Shown here: piece after piece, positions 62,599 through 64,000 of the stretch
How positions within the stretch are numbered: position 1 is the first letter of the stretch
Layout of the letters: every line of letters starts with the position of its first letter
Source: Octopus bimaculoides
Lineage: Eukaryota
DNA: 64,000 bases
Direction: 5' to 3'
Assembly: GCF_001194135.2 (NCBI RefSeq)
Contig: NC_068987.1
Span: 5,385,068-5,449,067 of the forward strand
Program-made: the position numbers and the translations under genes
Notes under the pieces: model-generated
What the model was told of the DNA's origin: nothing
The model's input: only the letters and a program-made list of their open reading frames with translations
Databases searched by the model: none

Positions 62599-64000
62599 GT
62601 ATACATGCGTATATTTATCTCGATTAATACTGTGTTCCTTAATACACTAAATTTATGTCGGCCATAACAATTTTATGTCAGCCATAACTCTATAAACATG
62701 AACGACATTACCCAACCAGACTCAAAATCGCTGTATGAACTAGTTTCCTCTTTTGATGAGATATAATCTGCATGTGTTGGTAATGCCATGTTTATAAATA
62801 GCTTTTTACTCCAGTAATTGTATTAATATGAAATATGTTGTGAAAGTAATTCAATTGCATCGAAATGACAGCGTGAGTAATGGCTTCCAGCTATTCAGGC
62901 AACATTTTGTTGTTCCATATTTTTTTTCCGTTTCTATAATCTCTTTACTGCTACTACTCCTCTTGTACATATGAACGTGGGAGTAGTATTAAGGCAATTA
63001 TACGTGGTACTAATTGGATCATCACGATAAAGGTTAATTTTTTTTTAACAGGTTTCAATTCCCTTCGGAAGCCTATAAAGAAATAGATCATATGGTGTCA
63101 AAAGCGTGGCTGTGCGGTCAAGAAGACCACTTTGCAATCAAGTGGCTTCGGGTTCAGTACCATCGCGCGACACTTTGCGCAAGTGTATTCTACTATAGAA
63201 GGAGAAAGAAGAAATGCACTCAACACCAGAGCTAAAGACACTTCCGAAAGAGGTGGGCACCACGTCGAAAACGCTAGAGGAGTAGGGGCCGAAACCGGAC
63301 GTGGTTCCTCCTGGGTCCTTTAAAGGAGCTGTTGAGGTAGCAAACCACGAAACGCGGTTGGAATTCCTTCTTTGACTATCTCTGCCAAAAAATGCCTTTA
63401 GAGTTCATTGTGGTTGTGAAATTTCCATAGATCGGAGGAGTGAGAAAACCTTGCTTAAGCTTTCATTTCCTTTTAACATTCTTCACTTGTTTCAATCATT
63501 GGACTGCGGCCATGCTGGGGCACCGCTTTGTGAGTATTTAGTCGAAGTAATGAACCCTAGTACTTCTCTTTAAGTCTGGTACTTATTCTATCGATATCTT
63601 TTGCCGAACTGCTAAGTTACGGGCACATAAGCAAACCAGTATTGGCTGTCAAGTAGAGGGGAGGTTAAACTCACACACACACACACGTGTGTGTGTGTAT
63701 GTGTGTATGTGTGTATGTGTGTGTGTATGTGTGTGTGTGTATGTGAGTGCGTATGAGTGTGTGTTTATGTGTGTGTGTTTGTGTGTTAGAGTGTGTGTTG
63801 GTGTGTTTGCGTTTACGGCGGGATTCCACACAATTTTCGTTTACCAAATTCACTCTCAGTGCATTAGTTGATCCGGGGCATTAGCAGAAGACACATGACC
63901 AAGATGCTGTGTAGGGGGATTGAATAAGAAACTACGCATCCATCCATCCATCCATCTATCTCCGCCTACTATTTACGGAAGGTTTCTGGAAGGTCTCTTC

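Noticed and set aside
29352-62650. Long ORFs through N runs, and poly-HT/VC/YI/LS ORFs
   Set aside because: Artefacts of assembly gaps and di-, tri- and tetranucleotide microsatellites.

Overview
AT-rich, gapped eukaryotic genomic scaffold with dense microsatellites and tRNA-derived SINEs. The repeat content suggests a cephalopod, probably Octopus (inference). I could reconstruct four protein genes by hand. (1) An intronless POLR3F/RPC6 (+, 4162-5112, 316 aa). (2) A six-exon FAM199X-like gene (+, 11629-24841, 270 aa). (3) A six-exon MED18 (-, 31199-26034, 212 aa), convergent with FAM199X; its last intron carries U12 (minor spliceosome) signals. (4) A type I membrane protein with an IgGFc-binding (FCGBP N-terminal) domain (-, at least 54363-44410, probably extending to 60065) whose 5' end is unresolved. 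The rest is SINEs, RTE LINE, Penelope, hAT, Helentron-like, Gypsy and Tc1/mariner remnants, at least nine long foldback repeats, and three minisatellites. There is no CRISPR array, rRNA or real tRNA gene. Family assignments come from recalled motifs, not database searches.
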